64,000 bases of DNA, from assembly GCA_041690395.1 (NCBI GenBank), contig JAWLHJ010000006.1, forward strand, positions 6,530 through 70,529. The letters are read 5' to 3'. A program made the position numbers and the translations under genes. The DNA is from Longimicrobiales bacterium (GTDB lineage Bacteria > Gemmatimonadota > Gemmatimonadetes > Longimicrobiales > Gaopeijiaceae). Positions 27,937 through 38,024 of this stretch are shown in pieces (position 1 is the stretch's first letter; every line of letters begins with the position of its first letter). Under the pieces are notes generated by a model. It had not been told where the DNA came from. It made no database searches and worked only from the letters and a program-made list of their open reading frames with translations.

Positions 27937-30900
27937 ATGTCTACGTCTACCGAATCACGGCTTCGCGCGCTGGCGGGACGTTGGGCCAATGCGACGCCGG
28001 CCGAGCGATCCAACGCGCAGCTCTATCTCACGGAACTGACCGAAGCCCTCGGCGTGGAACGCCCACGACCGAGCGGAACCGGCTACCAGTTCGAGTATGC
28101 CGTCCGCGTCGTCACCCGCGACGGATCGGAGACCGTGAAGTACGCAGACGTCTTCAAAGACGGCTGCTTCATCCTTGAGGCCAAGGACGAGGAACCGTCT
28201 AGGTCCACGGACCTGCTGCTGAGGCGAGCGTTCGGGCAAGCCGTCGAATACGCGGCCTCCGTCCCAGGTGGCCATCCACCATACCTAATGGTCCTTGACG
28301 TAGGTACGCGGCTACTCGTCTGGGATCGCTGGCACGGAACCTATGGCGGCTTCCAGGCGGGACACCGGATCGACCTTCCGACTCTAGCTGAGCGACCCCA
28401 GGACATCGAGCTTTTGCGGGACTTATGGGAGCGTCCCAAGGCACGAGACCCGCGAAGCCGTGCAGCCGCCGTCACTAGGGAAATCGCCGAGCATCTCGCT
28501 GAGCTCGCCTCCACACTGGAGGAGCGGGGGCACGAGTCAGAGCGTGTCGCACGATTCCTGATCCGCACGGTCTTTACCCTCTTCGCCGAAGACGTGGACC
28601 TTCTGCACGATCGCCCTTTCGAGGAGCTCGTACGGCTCGGGATCAAGAATCCGGAGGAGTTCGCCGACGGCGCGCGCGAGCTTTGGAAGGCGATGGATAT
28701 CGGGGGGCGCTTCGGCGTACGGAAGCTCCTCCGCTATAACGGCCACTTCTTCCAAGAGGCGGATGTCCTCCCGCTGACCAAGGAGGATCTCGCGATCCTC
28801 CTTGAGGCGTCGCGAGCGGATTGGGCGGAGGTGGAACCGAGCATCTTCGGCACACTCTTCACACGGGCTCTAGACCCGGAAGAGCGCCACCGGCTCGGCG
28901 CGGAGTTCACTCCTCCGGCCTACGTCGAGCGCCTCGTACGCGTGACGATCGAAGAACCAGTTCGCGATCGATGGACGCTCGTACAGGCCGAGGTCCTCCA
29001 GCTCAAGGAGCGCGGAAAGAAGACTGACCTGCGCTCGGCTGAGAAGCGACTCCGAGAGTTCCATGGGGAGCTGCGGTCCCTCCGGGTACTCGACCCCGCG
29101 TGCGGAAGCGGCAACTTTCTCTACGTGTCGATGGCCGCGCTCAAGAGGATCGAGCTAGAGGTGACGCGGGAAGTGGAGGCCATCACGGGCGCGCCTGAGT
29201 TCAGTATCGAGCAGGTGGACCCGTCACAGTTCTACGGCATCGAACTAGAGCCGTGGGCCCGGGAGATCGCGGAGCTGACGCTTTGGATCGGCTATCACCA
29301 ATGGTGGAGACAGACGCACGGGCATGCGCAACCCCCCGAGCCGATCTTGAGAGATACCGGGACCTTGGACTGCCGAGACGCCGTCCTGAGCTGGATGGAG
29401 GTCCGGGAGGATCCCGCACGCGCGCGGCCCGACCCGACTCCTAGGATCAAGAGCCCTGTCACCGGGGAACTGATACCCGATCCAGAGAGACAGCTGCCCT
29501 ACCTCGAACACCTAGGAGCCACGCCGGCTGCATGGCCGGAAGCCGACTTCATTGTAGGCAACCCTCCTTACATGGGTCGCGGTCGTCAAAGGGAGGCCTT
29601 CGGAGACGGCTACATCGACGCCCTGCGCGCCGCCTACCCAGAGGTGCCGGACAACGCGGACTACGTGATGTACTGGTGGTATCGAGCAGCGAAGGAGGTC
29701 ACCACTGGCCGCGTGATCCGAGCGGGGCTCATTACTACCAACACGATTCGCCAGCAGCACAACCGCCAAGTCGTCGCCGAAGCGGCCGAAGCAGGGGCCC
29801 GGGTTCTATGGTCCGTCCCTGACCACCCTTGGGTGGACGAGACCGGCAGCGCTGCGGTTCGGGTTTCGATGACAGTCATCGGCCGGGGCACCACCGAGGC
29901 GATGCTGGTCCAGGTCGACGATGAAGCCAAGGTCCTCAGTGAACGACGGGTCTCGCGGCTGAACGCAGACTTGACCGCCCATGCGGATGTACCGCGTGCG
30001 GCGGCCGAGCCGCTCTTGGCCAACGAAGGAATCTCGTCGCAGGGCTTCATCCTGGTCGGGGCCGGATTCGTCCTAGATGCAGACGAAGGACGCCGCCTGC
30101 GCTCAACGAGCGACGGCGAGGGGATCGTGAAACGGTATCTCACGGGACGCGATCTGACCAAGCGACCCCGCGAGCAGTACGTGATCGATTTTGGGCTTCG
30201 TGGTCTCGGACAGGTGAAGGAGCACCCGGTCCCTTACGACATCGTGCGCGACCGGGTCAAGCCCACGCGCGAAGCAAACGCCCGGCGAAGCTACCGTGAC
30301 TATTGGTGGCGTTTCGGTGAACCACGAAGCTCCTTCCGCCCGGCCCTTGACGGCCTCCCGCGATTCATCGCAACGGTGGAGACTTCCAAGCATCGCTTCT
30401 TCGTCTTTCTGGAGGCCGACACGACGCCCAGTCATACAATTGTTTGCATCGCCTTGGACGATTTCTACCACCTGGGAATCCTCTCGTCAGCCCTTCACTC
30501 GGCATGGGCTTTGGCTGCCGGGGGCCGGCTCGGCGTAGGAAATGATCCCCGTTATCAGAAAGGAAAGTGCTTCGATGCCTTCCCTTTCCCCGACCCGCGT
30601 CCCGACGCGCGGGAGCGTGTGTCCGCGATCATGGAGCGGATTCATCGCCATAGGGAGAAGGGGTTGGCCCGCGGCGAGGAGGTGACCATGACCCACCTCT
30701 ATAACGTCGTCGAGAAGCTTCGGGAGGGGACGGAGCTGACTCCCAGCGAGCGGCGGGTGCATGAACTTGGAGCCTGTGGATCGCTAAAGGACCTTCACGA
30801 CGAGCTGGATGCCGAGGTCGCAGCATGCTACGAATGGTCTTGGCCCCTGGAAGAGTCGGACATGCTGGATCACCTCGTACGGCTCCGCGACGACCGACAG

Positions 30901-31260
30901 GCCGAGGAAGCGAATGGGCACATCCGGTGGCTTCGGCCCGAGTATCAGATCCCTCGCTTCGCGCCTGAGGAGACTGTCGAACAGTTGGCCACTTTGGATG
31001 AAGAGCCCAAACGACGGAAGGCCCCTCCTGACCGTTTTCCCTGGCCCGACGTCGCAGTCGATCAGCTCGGCGCGGTCAAGGCGGCGGTTGACGAAGAACC
31101 CGGGACGGTGGAGGAGATCGCCACCCGATTCCGCAACGCCCGCCGAGCGATTGTAGAACGCCACTTAGAGACCCTCCACATCCTCGCAGAGGTGCAGAAG
31201 ATGGACGACGGTCGCTATCACGCGCCTGGGGCCCTGCGGGCCGCCGAACTACCAGGATGA
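27937..31260 (+). CDS. MmeI-like (Type IIL/IIG) restriction-modification enzyme
   Basis: N-terminal nuclease (AD...ILEAK), YNGHFF, IFGTLFTRAL, MTase motif I VLDPACGSGNFL, motif IV IVGNPPY, TRD region ETSKHRFF, C-terminal WLRPEYQ. Confidence 0.92.
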   Translation: MSTSTESRLRALAGRWANATPAERSNAQLYLTELTEALGVERPRPSGTGYQFEYAVRVVTRDGSETVKYADVFKDGCFILEAKDEEPSRSTDLLLRRAFGQAVEYAASVPGGHPPYLMVLDVGTRLLVWDRWHGTYGGFQAGHRIDLPTLAERPQDIELLRDLWERPKARDPRSRAAAVTREIAEHLAELASTLEERGHESERVARFLIRTVFTLFAEDVDLLHDRPFEELVRLGIKNPEEFADGARELWKAMDIGGRFGVRKLLRYNGHFFQEADVLPLTKEDLAILLEASRADWAEVEPSIFGTLFTRALDPEERHRLGAEFTPPAYVERLVRVTIEEPVRDRWTLVQAEVLQLKERGKKTDLRSAEKRLREFHGELRSLRVLDPACGSGNFLYVSMAALKRIELEVTREVEAITGAPEFSIEQVDPSQFYGIELEPWAREIAELTLWIGYHQWWRQTHGHAQPPEPILRDTGTLDCRDAVLSWMEVREDPARARPDPTPRIKSPVTGELIPDPERQLPYLEHLGATPAAWPEADFIVGNPPYMGRGRQREAFGDGYIDALRAAYPEVPDNADYVMYWWYRAAKEVTTGRVIRAGLITTNTIRQQHNRQVVAEAAEAGARVLWSVPDHPWVDETGSAAVRVSMTVIGRGTTEAMLVQVDDEAKVLSERRVSRLNADLTAHADVPRAAAEPLLANEGISSQGFILVGAGFVLDADEGRRLRSTSDGEGIVKRYLTGRDLTKRPREQYVIDFGLRGLGQVKEHPVPYDIVRDRVKPTREANARRSYRDYWWRFGEPRSSFRPALDGLPRFIATVETSKHRFFVFLEADTTPSHTIVCIALDDFYHLGILSSALHSAWALAAGGRLGVGNDPRYQKGKCFDAFPFPDPRPDARERVSAIMERIHRHREKGLARGEEVTMTHLYNVVEKLREGTELTPSERRVHELGACGSLKDLHDELDAEVAACYEWSWPLEESDMLDHLVRLRDDRQAEEANGHIRWLRPEYQIPRFAPEETVEQLATLDEEPKRRKAPPDRFPWPDVAVDQLGAVKAAVDEEPGTVEEIATRFRNARRAIVERHLETLHILAEVQKMDDGRYHAPGALRAAELPG

Positions 31261-31352
31261 ACCCAGGGCTCCTCCGAAAGCACGACTGGCTCGGGGTGCC
31301 GGACGCAGGCTCCCGCGCTTAGAACTGTCTTCCGCAGACCAGGAACTATCCC

Positions 31353-33104
31353 ATGTCTTTTGAGGCACCGATCACGGTCCGTCAGGCCACCGACCGAATC
31401 CACCGCCGTGAGTACGTCCTTCCGGCTATCCAACGTGAGTTTGTGTGGAAGCCGGATCAGATCATCGGTCTCTTCGACTCGCTACTCAGGGGCTTCCCGA
31501 TCGGGTCGTTCCTCTTCTGGAAAGTTCAGCCGGAAAGACGCGCCGACTACCAGTTCTACAACTTTCTACAGAACTACCACGAGCGGGACCTAAGGCACAA
31601 TCCGAAAGCTGATCTGAGTGGAGAGGGGGCGGTGACCGCCACGCTGGATGGCCAGCAGCGGCTCACCTCGCTCTATATCGGCCTTCGAGGAAGCTACGCG
31701 GTCAAGAAGCCCTACGCCCGACGGACCAACGATGCGGCCTTCGTTCCGAAGCGTCTGTACCTGAACCTGACCGCGGGTTCGGCCGACAACGAGATGGTGT
31801 ACGATCTGCGGTTCCGGCCCGACACAGGCGATTTCGTTCGCGACGACCATGGCGGCTGGATGCGCGTTGGTAAGGTTCTCGATTTCGAGAGGCTGACGGA
31901 CGTCATCAACTTTCTTCGGGCGAATCATCTCCTAGCGGAGCAGTTCCCCCAGGACGCACTCACCGCCCTCTACAACAGCGTCAATGACCGACCAATCGTC
32001 TCGAGCTACCTCGAGGAGTCCCAGAGCCTCGACAAGGTCCTGACCATCTTCATCCGTGTGAACAGCGCGGGTACCGAACTCAGCTACTCGGACCTAATCC
32101 TCTCTATCGCGACAGCGAAATGGGACACGCTAGACGCCCGCGAGGAGATCCACAGGATCGTCGACGACATCAACCGCATCGGCGACGGCTTCAAGTTCAA
32201 CAAAGACTTCGTGCTCAAGACCTGCCTCATGCTCGGTGAGTATGAGACGCGATTCGCTGCGGAGAACTTCAAAGCAGAGAACATGCACGTGATCGAGGGG
32301 CTGTGGCCTCAGATCTCGAACGCCATCCGCGGCACCGCCCGACTCCTTGATACGTTCGGCTTCACGGGAGACACGCTGCCGTCTCTCAATGCGGTGATCC
32401 CCATCACCTACTACCTCTTCAGAGCCGAGAAGCCGGAGAACTTCCACAATGCAAACGGTTGGGCCGACGACCGGGAGCGGATCCGCAGATGGCTCGCCAT
32501 CGCGCTCCTCAAGCGCACCTTCACTGGACAGCCGGATAGCGTCCTCCGACTCGTTCGAGACACGATCCGGGAGCACTCAGACGATGGCTTCCCCGCGGAA
32601 GAGATCGTGAAGGCCCTTCGGTCATCCCCCAGGTCAATGACGTTCGGAGACGAGGAACTCGACGCGGTCCTAGAGAGCAGGTTCACGAACCGGTACACGT
32701 TCTCCACACTGGCTTTGCTGTATCCGGATCTGGACTTCCGGAACGCCTTCCATATGGACCACATCCATCCACGGAGCCACTTCACCAAAGCGCAGCTTAC
32801 CCGACGCAGCATTACCGACGCCGAGCAGGTAATCGAATACCAGGATCGATTTGACCTCATCCCGAATCTGCAACTCCTAGAGGGCACCACTAACACGGAG
32901 AAGTCAAACAAGCCGTTCGCTGTCTGGCTTGAAGAAGCGTTTCCCAACGAAGTCGCCCGCGAGGCGTATCGTCGCAGGCACTACATCCCTGCTGACGCCG
33001 CGACCGACTTCGAAAACTTCATCGAGTTCTATGAAGCTCGCCGAGACCTTATGCGCGATGCCCTGAATAATGTCGTTGGCCTGACACGGACGCCGGAGGG
33101 CTGA
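31353..33104 (+). CDS. GmrSD-like Type IV restriction endonuclease (DUF262 + DUF1524/HNH)
   Basis: LPAIQREFVW, LDGQQRLTSL, IFIRVNSAGT, C-terminal DHIHP...NLQLL...N..KSNK. Confidence 0.9.
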   Translation: MSFEAPITVRQATDRIHRREYVLPAIQREFVWKPDQIIGLFDSLLRGFPIGSFLFWKVQPERRADYQFYNFLQNYHERDLRHNPKADLSGEGAVTATLDGQQRLTSLYIGLRGSYAVKKPYARRTNDAAFVPKRLYLNLTAGSADNEMVYDLRFRPDTGDFVRDDHGGWMRVGKVLDFERLTDVINFLRANHLLAEQFPQDALTALYNSVNDRPIVSSYLEESQSLDKVLTIFIRVNSAGTELSYSDLILSIATAKWDTLDAREEIHRIVDDINRIGDGFKFNKDFVLKTCLMLGEYETRFAAENFKAENMHVIEGLWPQISNAIRGTARLLDTFGFTGDTLPSLNAVIPITYYLFRAEKPENFHNANGWADDRERIRRWLAIALLKRTFTGQPDSVLRLVRDTIREHSDDGFPAEEIVKALRSSPRSMTFGDEELDAVLESRFTNRYTFSTLALLYPDLDFRNAFHMDHIHPRSHFTKAQLTRRSITDAEQVIEYQDRFDLIPNLQLLEGTTNTEKSNKPFAVWLEEAFPNEVAREAYRRRHYIPADAATDFENFIEFYEARRDLMRDALNNVVGLTRTPEG

Positions 33105-33301
33105 ATCATGTCCTACATCGCCTGCTGGCGCCCAAGATGATTGGTGAGTAGGTGAACCTCTTCGAGGTCGCCCACTCACGGCCACGGATGCAGCTCACGC
33201 CCCTTGGAGGGGAACACTTCCGCCTGGAGCCCTGGCGCCTTGGACAGCACGGACGGCGTGGACACCGGCTTTCCCAACTTCTCATCTCCCGGTAGTAGCT
33301 C

Positions 33302-33925
33302 ATGAAGCCTGAACGCCTCATCCGTTACCGTCCCTGGCTCTACCACCTCACCAGTCGGGAGAACCTCACAGCGATCAGGAAGGAGCGACGCTTGGAGTCA
33401 GCGGCTCGGTTGCTCGAAGCCGCGGAGCGAAGTGGGGACATCCGAGAGAAGCGACCCGCCCATCAGGTCATCGAGGTCAGGGGCAAGCAGCGCCTCCTCC
33501 GCGACCAGCAGCCTCTCTACGCTGGTAATATCGAGTTCGAGGACAGCCACAAGTTCGAGGATGTTGTGGCCATGTTGAATCGATACGTGTTCTTCTGGCC
33601 TGGCAAGGAGGATGGACCCTCCGACTACGGGGTGCGGCACTTCCAGCGGTATCAGAGTGAGAGACCCGTGGTGATCAGGATTCGCACCAAGGACGCGCTT
33701 AAGGGGAGCCGTCGAGATGGCTTGCGGCTATGTGCATATAATTCGGGAGCGCCGAGGTGCAGTGCCGGGCGGAAGAGCCCCAGGGGCCCCGAGACGTTCC
33801 TGCCTCTCTCCGAATTCCCTCATGGAGTCAGCCGGGTAGTCGAGGTCGTCGTGGAGCATGAGGTAGAGCTGCCGACCGGAGCAGAGGTAGGGCATCACCC
33901 CCAAGGACCCTACAGCCCGATGTAG
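33302..33925 (+). CDS. DUF7002-like protein, predicted ADP-ribosyltransferase (DarT-related) fold
   Basis: LYHLTSRENL..I, LRDQQPL, LN..VFFWP, YNSGA, late acidic VEVVV strand. Confidence 0.6.
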   Translation: MKPERLIRYRPWLYHLTSRENLTAIRKERRLESAARLLEAAERSGDIREKRPAHQVIEVRGKQRLLRDQQPLYAGNIEFEDSHKFEDVVAMLNRYVFFWPGKEDGPSDYGVRHFQRYQSERPVVIRIRTKDALKGSRRDGLRLCAYNSGAPRCSAGRKSPRGPETFLPLSEFPHGVSRVVEVVVEHEVELPTGAEVGHHPQGPYSPM

Positions 33926-34121
33926 GAATCTTCCGGAACCGCCGTCCGCGCTGTCCAGGTCGTCCATTTCGACGTATCGTCGAAACAGGCGGCTACCCCT
34001 CGCGCTTGCAGATCCTGCGATCTCGCGCGTAAGCTGGCGTAGCCCCGATGCCTCGAAGTTCGGCTTGAAAATGGTGACTGCTGCGATTAGAGCGCCTTCG
34101 GATCTTTCCAAAGGACCCAGC

Positions 34122-35819
34122 GTGAAGATCGACCCCGATGCAATCCGTGAGCTGCTCGAAGACCTCAAATCTACCCCGAGCGAAGAGCTTGAGTCCGAAA
34201 CGATGGAGTTCAAGGGTTATCGGGATGAGCAGGCTCTACACAACGCCAAGGATCTAGCCGAGGAGATCTCAGCGCTAGCCAATCACCGAGGCGGACAGAT
34301 CGTCGTCGGGGTCAAGGACTCCAGCAACGTGCCTGCTGGCGAGTGGGCGGAACAGCTTGTTGGCTTTCCCGGCCTGGACCTGGACAGATGTCGCGAGAGG
34401 ATCGCCGGTCGAATCCGTCCCGCGGTCGCCCTTGAGCTCTCCCTGATATCCTTCGAAGGCCGAGACTACCTGGTTATCGGCATTCCCGTGTCTCGGAGCA
34501 GTCTCGTCCAGACCTCATCTGGGAAGGTCTGCATCCGCGAAGGCCGATCGAGCCGCCCGATGAGTCCTGAGGAGGTCAGTGCGGCGGTGAAGCAGCTGAC
34601 GTCGTTCGACTGGAGTGCTGACCCGGTCGAGGGCACGATCGAGGATCTTCTGGACGACTCCTCGCTCGACGAGGCCGGTAGGGACTTCTCTCACAAGAGG
34701 GCTTTGGAGACCCCACCCTCGTCCACCGAATATCTGGAGGCAATCGGCGCCACTCGGAACGGTGTTCTCACGAGAGGGGGGCTCTTATTCCTTGGCACGT
34801 CGGACGCCATCCAACGTCGCCTCGGCACTTACGAGTTCCGGTTCACATGGAAGCTACCAAACGGCCAATTGAAGGTGAACGAGGTGTGGAGCGGCAACCT
34901 GTGGCAAGCGGTCGTTCGTGCCCGCAACCTATTCGACCAAGTGAACGAGGAGCGCCGATACAGCTACGATGGTCGAGAGTTCTCAGTCCCGTTGATGGAC
35001 CCAAGCGCCTTCCATGAGGGCTACCTGAATGCATTGGTGCATCGGGACTATGCCATGGACGGTATGGTGACCGTGACGTTTACGGGGAATGAGATGACGA
35101 TCTCCAGCCCGGGGGCCTTCTATGGTGGGATCACGAGCGAGAACATCGGTGTGCACGATCCGCGTCATCGGAACAAGGCCCTGGCGAAGATCCTGATGAC
35201 GCATGCGCTTGTGGATCGGGCCGGGATGGGCGTCCTCAGGATGAGCCTCAATTCCCTAAAGTACGGGCGATCATTCCCGGCCTTCACAGAGACTGCCGAC
35301 TCGGTCGAAGTGACGATGGAGGCCCGCTACTTGAGGCCCGTGATCACCGTGCTGACTTCCGACAATGAGGATTGGGGTGTGCCCGAGATGCTCATCTTGA
35401 ACAGCGTGTACCAGACGGGACATGTCGATGTGCGGACCATAGAAAAACAACTAGGTCGCGTCCGGGGAAACTCATGGAAGCTAATCAACAGCGCCCTTGA
35501 AAGCCTCCCGATGGTGGAGCTGTGTGGCACGCGAGCAGGCGTCTTCATCCGGCTGACGTCACAGTGGCGGAAAGCATTCAACGTCGACAAGACGTTCCGG
35601 GCATCCACGGCGTCGAAGAAATACGTAGACCTCTACGACTACCTGCGTCGGCACGGCGACGCATCGAATAGCGACCTTACGCCGCTGCTAGGGCACAATC
35701 ACAGCTCCCAGACCAGTCGCTTCCTGCGAGATACGGCCTTCGTGAAGCGTGAGGGACACGGACCGGCGGCGAAGTGGAAGTTGGTGCCCTGGGAGTGGAA
35801 TCGCGCTGACGAGGGATGA
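34122..35819 (+). CDS. Schlafen/AlbA_2 domain protein with HATPase_c_4-like and C-terminal HTH regions
   Basis: ESETMEFK...ISALANHRGGQIVVGVKD; EGYLNALVHRDY, ISSPG, RNKALA, DRAGMG. Confidence 0.85.
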   Translation: MKIDPDAIRELLEDLKSTPSEELESETMEFKGYRDEQALHNAKDLAEEISALANHRGGQIVVGVKDSSNVPAGEWAEQLVGFPGLDLDRCRERIAGRIRPAVALELSLISFEGRDYLVIGIPVSRSSLVQTSSGKVCIREGRSSRPMSPEEVSAAVKQLTSFDWSADPVEGTIEDLLDDSSLDEAGRDFSHKRALETPPSSTEYLEAIGATRNGVLTRGGLLFLGTSDAIQRRLGTYEFRFTWKLPNGQLKVNEVWSGNLWQAVVRARNLFDQVNEERRYSYDGREFSVPLMDPSAFHEGYLNALVHRDYAMDGMVTVTFTGNEMTISSPGAFYGGITSENIGVHDPRHRNKALAKILMTHALVDRAGMGVLRMSLNSLKYGRSFPAFTETADSVEVTMEARYLRPVITVLTSDNEDWGVPEMLILNSVYQTGHVDVRTIEKQLGRVRGNSWKLINSALESLPMVELCGTRAGVFIRLTSQWRKAFNVDKTFRASTASKKYVDLYDYLRRHGDASNSDLTPLLGHNHSSQTSRFLRDTAFVKREGHGPAAKWKLVPWEWNRADEG

Positions 35820-35945
35820 CCCCACGGCTAGGGTAATCCGCCTCGGTCGCCAGGTATTCGGCTAGCCCTCGCCCTCCGCCCTCTCCCGCTCCGCCCTCTT
35901 CACAGTCTGCATGATCACCATCCGAGCTCGTGTCGAGGTGATCTC

Positions 35946-36188
35946 CTACTTGGTCACCAGTCCCTCAGCAATCTCCCATAGCGCACTCGGCTGCGTCTCC
36001 AGCGCGTCAGCCAGCTTCCAGATGACCTTCACCGTTGGGTTACGGGCACCCCGCTCGACATCGCTCACGTACGTCCGGTGGACCTTCGCGCGGTAGCCCA
36101 GAGCCTCCTGGGATAGACCCAGCTCTTCGCGCCTCGCGCGCACTGCGGCGCCGAACGCCTGGACTCTCTGGTCGGGGGTGCTTGCCAT
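35946..36188 (-). CDS. XRE-HTH protein, RM controller (C-protein)-like
   Basis: FGAAVRARREELGLSQEALG...VHRTYVSDVERGARNPT, plus an upstream C-box. Confidence 0.85.
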   Translation of the reverse strand: MASTPDQRVQAFGAAVRARREELGLSQEALGYRAKVHRTYVSDVERGARNPTVKVIWKLADALETQPSALWEIAEGLVTK

Positions 36189-36212
36189 GGCGACGCACCC
36201 TGCCAGACCTTA

Positions 36213-36238
36213 GGCTATGGGTCTACAGACTATGAGTG
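36213..36238 (-). promoter_or_regulatory. C-box-like double operator
   Basis: Minus strand cACTCATAGTC-TGTA-GACCCATAGCC, matching the GACT-nnn-AGTC-TGTA-GACT-nnn-AGTC pattern of C.PvuII-type operators. Confidence 0.75.
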
Positions 36239-36255
36239 ACGTTGCCGGAATGAGG

Positions 36256-36903
36256 ATGGTGAATGTGAGCCGGACGATCCGGAGCAGACAGTCATTGTGC
36301 TGGCTGTGCTTTGCCGCATTCGGCATCGCGGGCTGCGCATCGGACTCTCGGCAGAGCTACGAGGAGTGCGTAGTGGAACTCGGGCAGACGCTCGAGGCGA
36401 ACGACGTAGTCCGGCTATGTCGCGAGGCCTTCCCCGAGCCGCCGGAGCCAGAGCCCGACCTGCCGTTCTACGCTGGAGAGTTCTTCTACCCGACGACGGG
36501 GTCACAATGTGGCACCATTGGCTTCCGGACGGGTGGCTTAATCAGCCCGTCTGCGACCGGGTATTGCGGTACTAGCTCGCGAATCGAGTGCGGTACCGAC
36601 CGCTGTTGGTTCACCTGTAGGAACTACAACCAGTCCGACACGGCGGTGGTGCAGATCGCCGCCCCGAACGAGTCGGGGATCGAACTCCATCGAGTCCCGT
36701 TCGACTCGACATCGACGCCATCTCAGCAGCTATGGCGCAGGATGGCGGAGTGCGAGATGGCCATGAGGGTGGCGCAGCGGTCGCCTCGTGGGTGGTACTC
36801 AGAGTTTCTTGAAGGCCTGAACCTACCCACCCCAGACAGAGAACGCCTCATCAACCGCCCGTCTTACCTCACTCTCCCACGCCCCGATTCGCTTCGGCGG
36901 TGA
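36256..36903 (+). CDS. Cys-rich lipoprotein of unknown function
   Basis: Lipobox IAGC; paralogous to 37579-38024. Confidence 0.65.
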   Translation: MVNVSRTIRSRQSLCWLCFAAFGIAGCASDSRQSYEECVVELGQTLEANDVVRLCREAFPEPPEPEPDLPFYAGEFFYPTTGSQCGTIGFRTGGLISPSATGYCGTSSRIECGTDRCWFTCRNYNQSDTAVVQIAAPNESGIELHRVPFDSTSTPSQQLWRRMAECEMAMRVAQRSPRGWYSEFLEGLNLPTPDRERLINRPSYLTLPRPDSLRR

Positions 36904-37010
36904 TCTCTCTTGGGGCGAGTTCTCGGACTCCGGGCCTGATTCCCGGGACCGTTCTCCCCACCACCTTTAACGTCGCGCCCCTCACTCCATTCGAGCCTAG
37001 GGACACTGTG

Positions 37011-37586
37011 ATGAAGCGCCGTCACGTACTGTCGCCCAGCATCGCCATGCTCGGGGCCGCTCTGGCCCTCTTGGCGGCCTGTGAGGCGCCACCAGGCGAC
37101 GAGGCCGAGAGTCCCTGCGACGGGTTGGTAGAGCCCGTCCGCCAGCCGCTCACGGCGGATGAGCGCGAGTTCCTACGCCAGGGACTGAGGGAGGCCAGGG
37201 AGAGGTGGCGCGAAGCCTCGATCGATGACTACATCTTCGATAGGCGTCGGACCTTGGCGACTTATGGATGGACGCCAGTCATGACAGTCACTGTAAGGGC
37301 GGGCGAGGTACAGCTCGTCACCTTGACCTCCCGCGGAGACACGATCTTCTCGGCAGAGGACGAGAGTGGGGTGGCGGAATGGTGGAGATGGGTGCTCGTA
37401 GAGCAGCATTTCGACCTCATCGCCGAGGACCTGGACGAGGCCCAATGGGTGGACGTCACGTTCGACCCGGAGCTGGGCTACCCGACGGACATCGCCATAG
37501 ACAACGACGTCTGCGGTTTCGGTGGTGAGTACAGATCCGAGGCGCGCGACCTGCGTGCCCTCTCAGAGGACCCCGTCGATGGCTGA
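37011..37586 (+). CDS. DUF6174-like lipoprotein
   Basis: Lipobox LAAC; ARERWREASIDDY...VTVRAGEV...VTFDPELGYPTDIAID. Confidence 0.7.
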   Translation: MKRRHVLSPSIAMLGAALALLAACEAPPGDEAESPCDGLVEPVRQPLTADEREFLRQGLREARERWREASIDDYIFDRRRTLATYGWTPVMTVTVRAGEVQLVTLTSRGDTIFSAEDESGVAEWWRWVLVEQHFDLIAEDLDEAQWVDVTFDPELGYPTDIAIDNDVCGFGGEYRSEARDLRALSEDPVDG

Positions 37587-38024
37587 AGCAGGACGGACGA
37601 GGTGGCTGACCATAGCGTGCCTGTGTTGCCTGTCGTTCTCGACGGTTGTGGAGCCGATTCACCCCAATCATATCGAGAGTGCCTCTTGGATCTCGGACGC
37701 ACCGTCGACCGTGACGCGGCCATCGGACTCTGCCGGGAGGCGTTTCCAGAGCCCGAGCCCCGAGCCACCTTTCTGGGCGGGGGGGGGTTCTATCGGACCG
37801 CTGAGTCACGATGCGGTAGGATTCTCTTCGATTCCGATGTAGTCGTGAACCCAAGTGTCTCGGGGTACTGCCGCTCCGCCTCCCGGATAGAATGCAACCA
37901 AGAGCAGTGCTGGTTCACCTGCCTCAAGTACAACGTTCGGATGAGGCCCGCGCCGAGTTGGAGCGCGTCGAGAAGCAACATTGACCCTTCAAGGCCCGCG
38001 AGCGTAAGCTGTTGGGCGGAATGA
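37579..38024 (+). pseudogene. Probably frameshifted paralogue of the Cys-rich lipoprotein
   Basis: The signal-like MAEAGRTRWLTIACLCCLSFS is in a different frame from GCGADSPQSYRECLLDLG...LCREAFPEPEP...SRIEC...CWFTC. Confidence 0.55.

Noticed and set aside
33302..35819. Canonical DarTG toxin-antitoxin system
   Set aside because: The downstream gene is Schlafen/AlbA-type, not a macrodomain or NADAR antitoxin.
35865..35902. C/T-rich stretch with a repeated ctccgccctct
   Set aside because: Short and low-complexity, between convergent genes; no supportable function.
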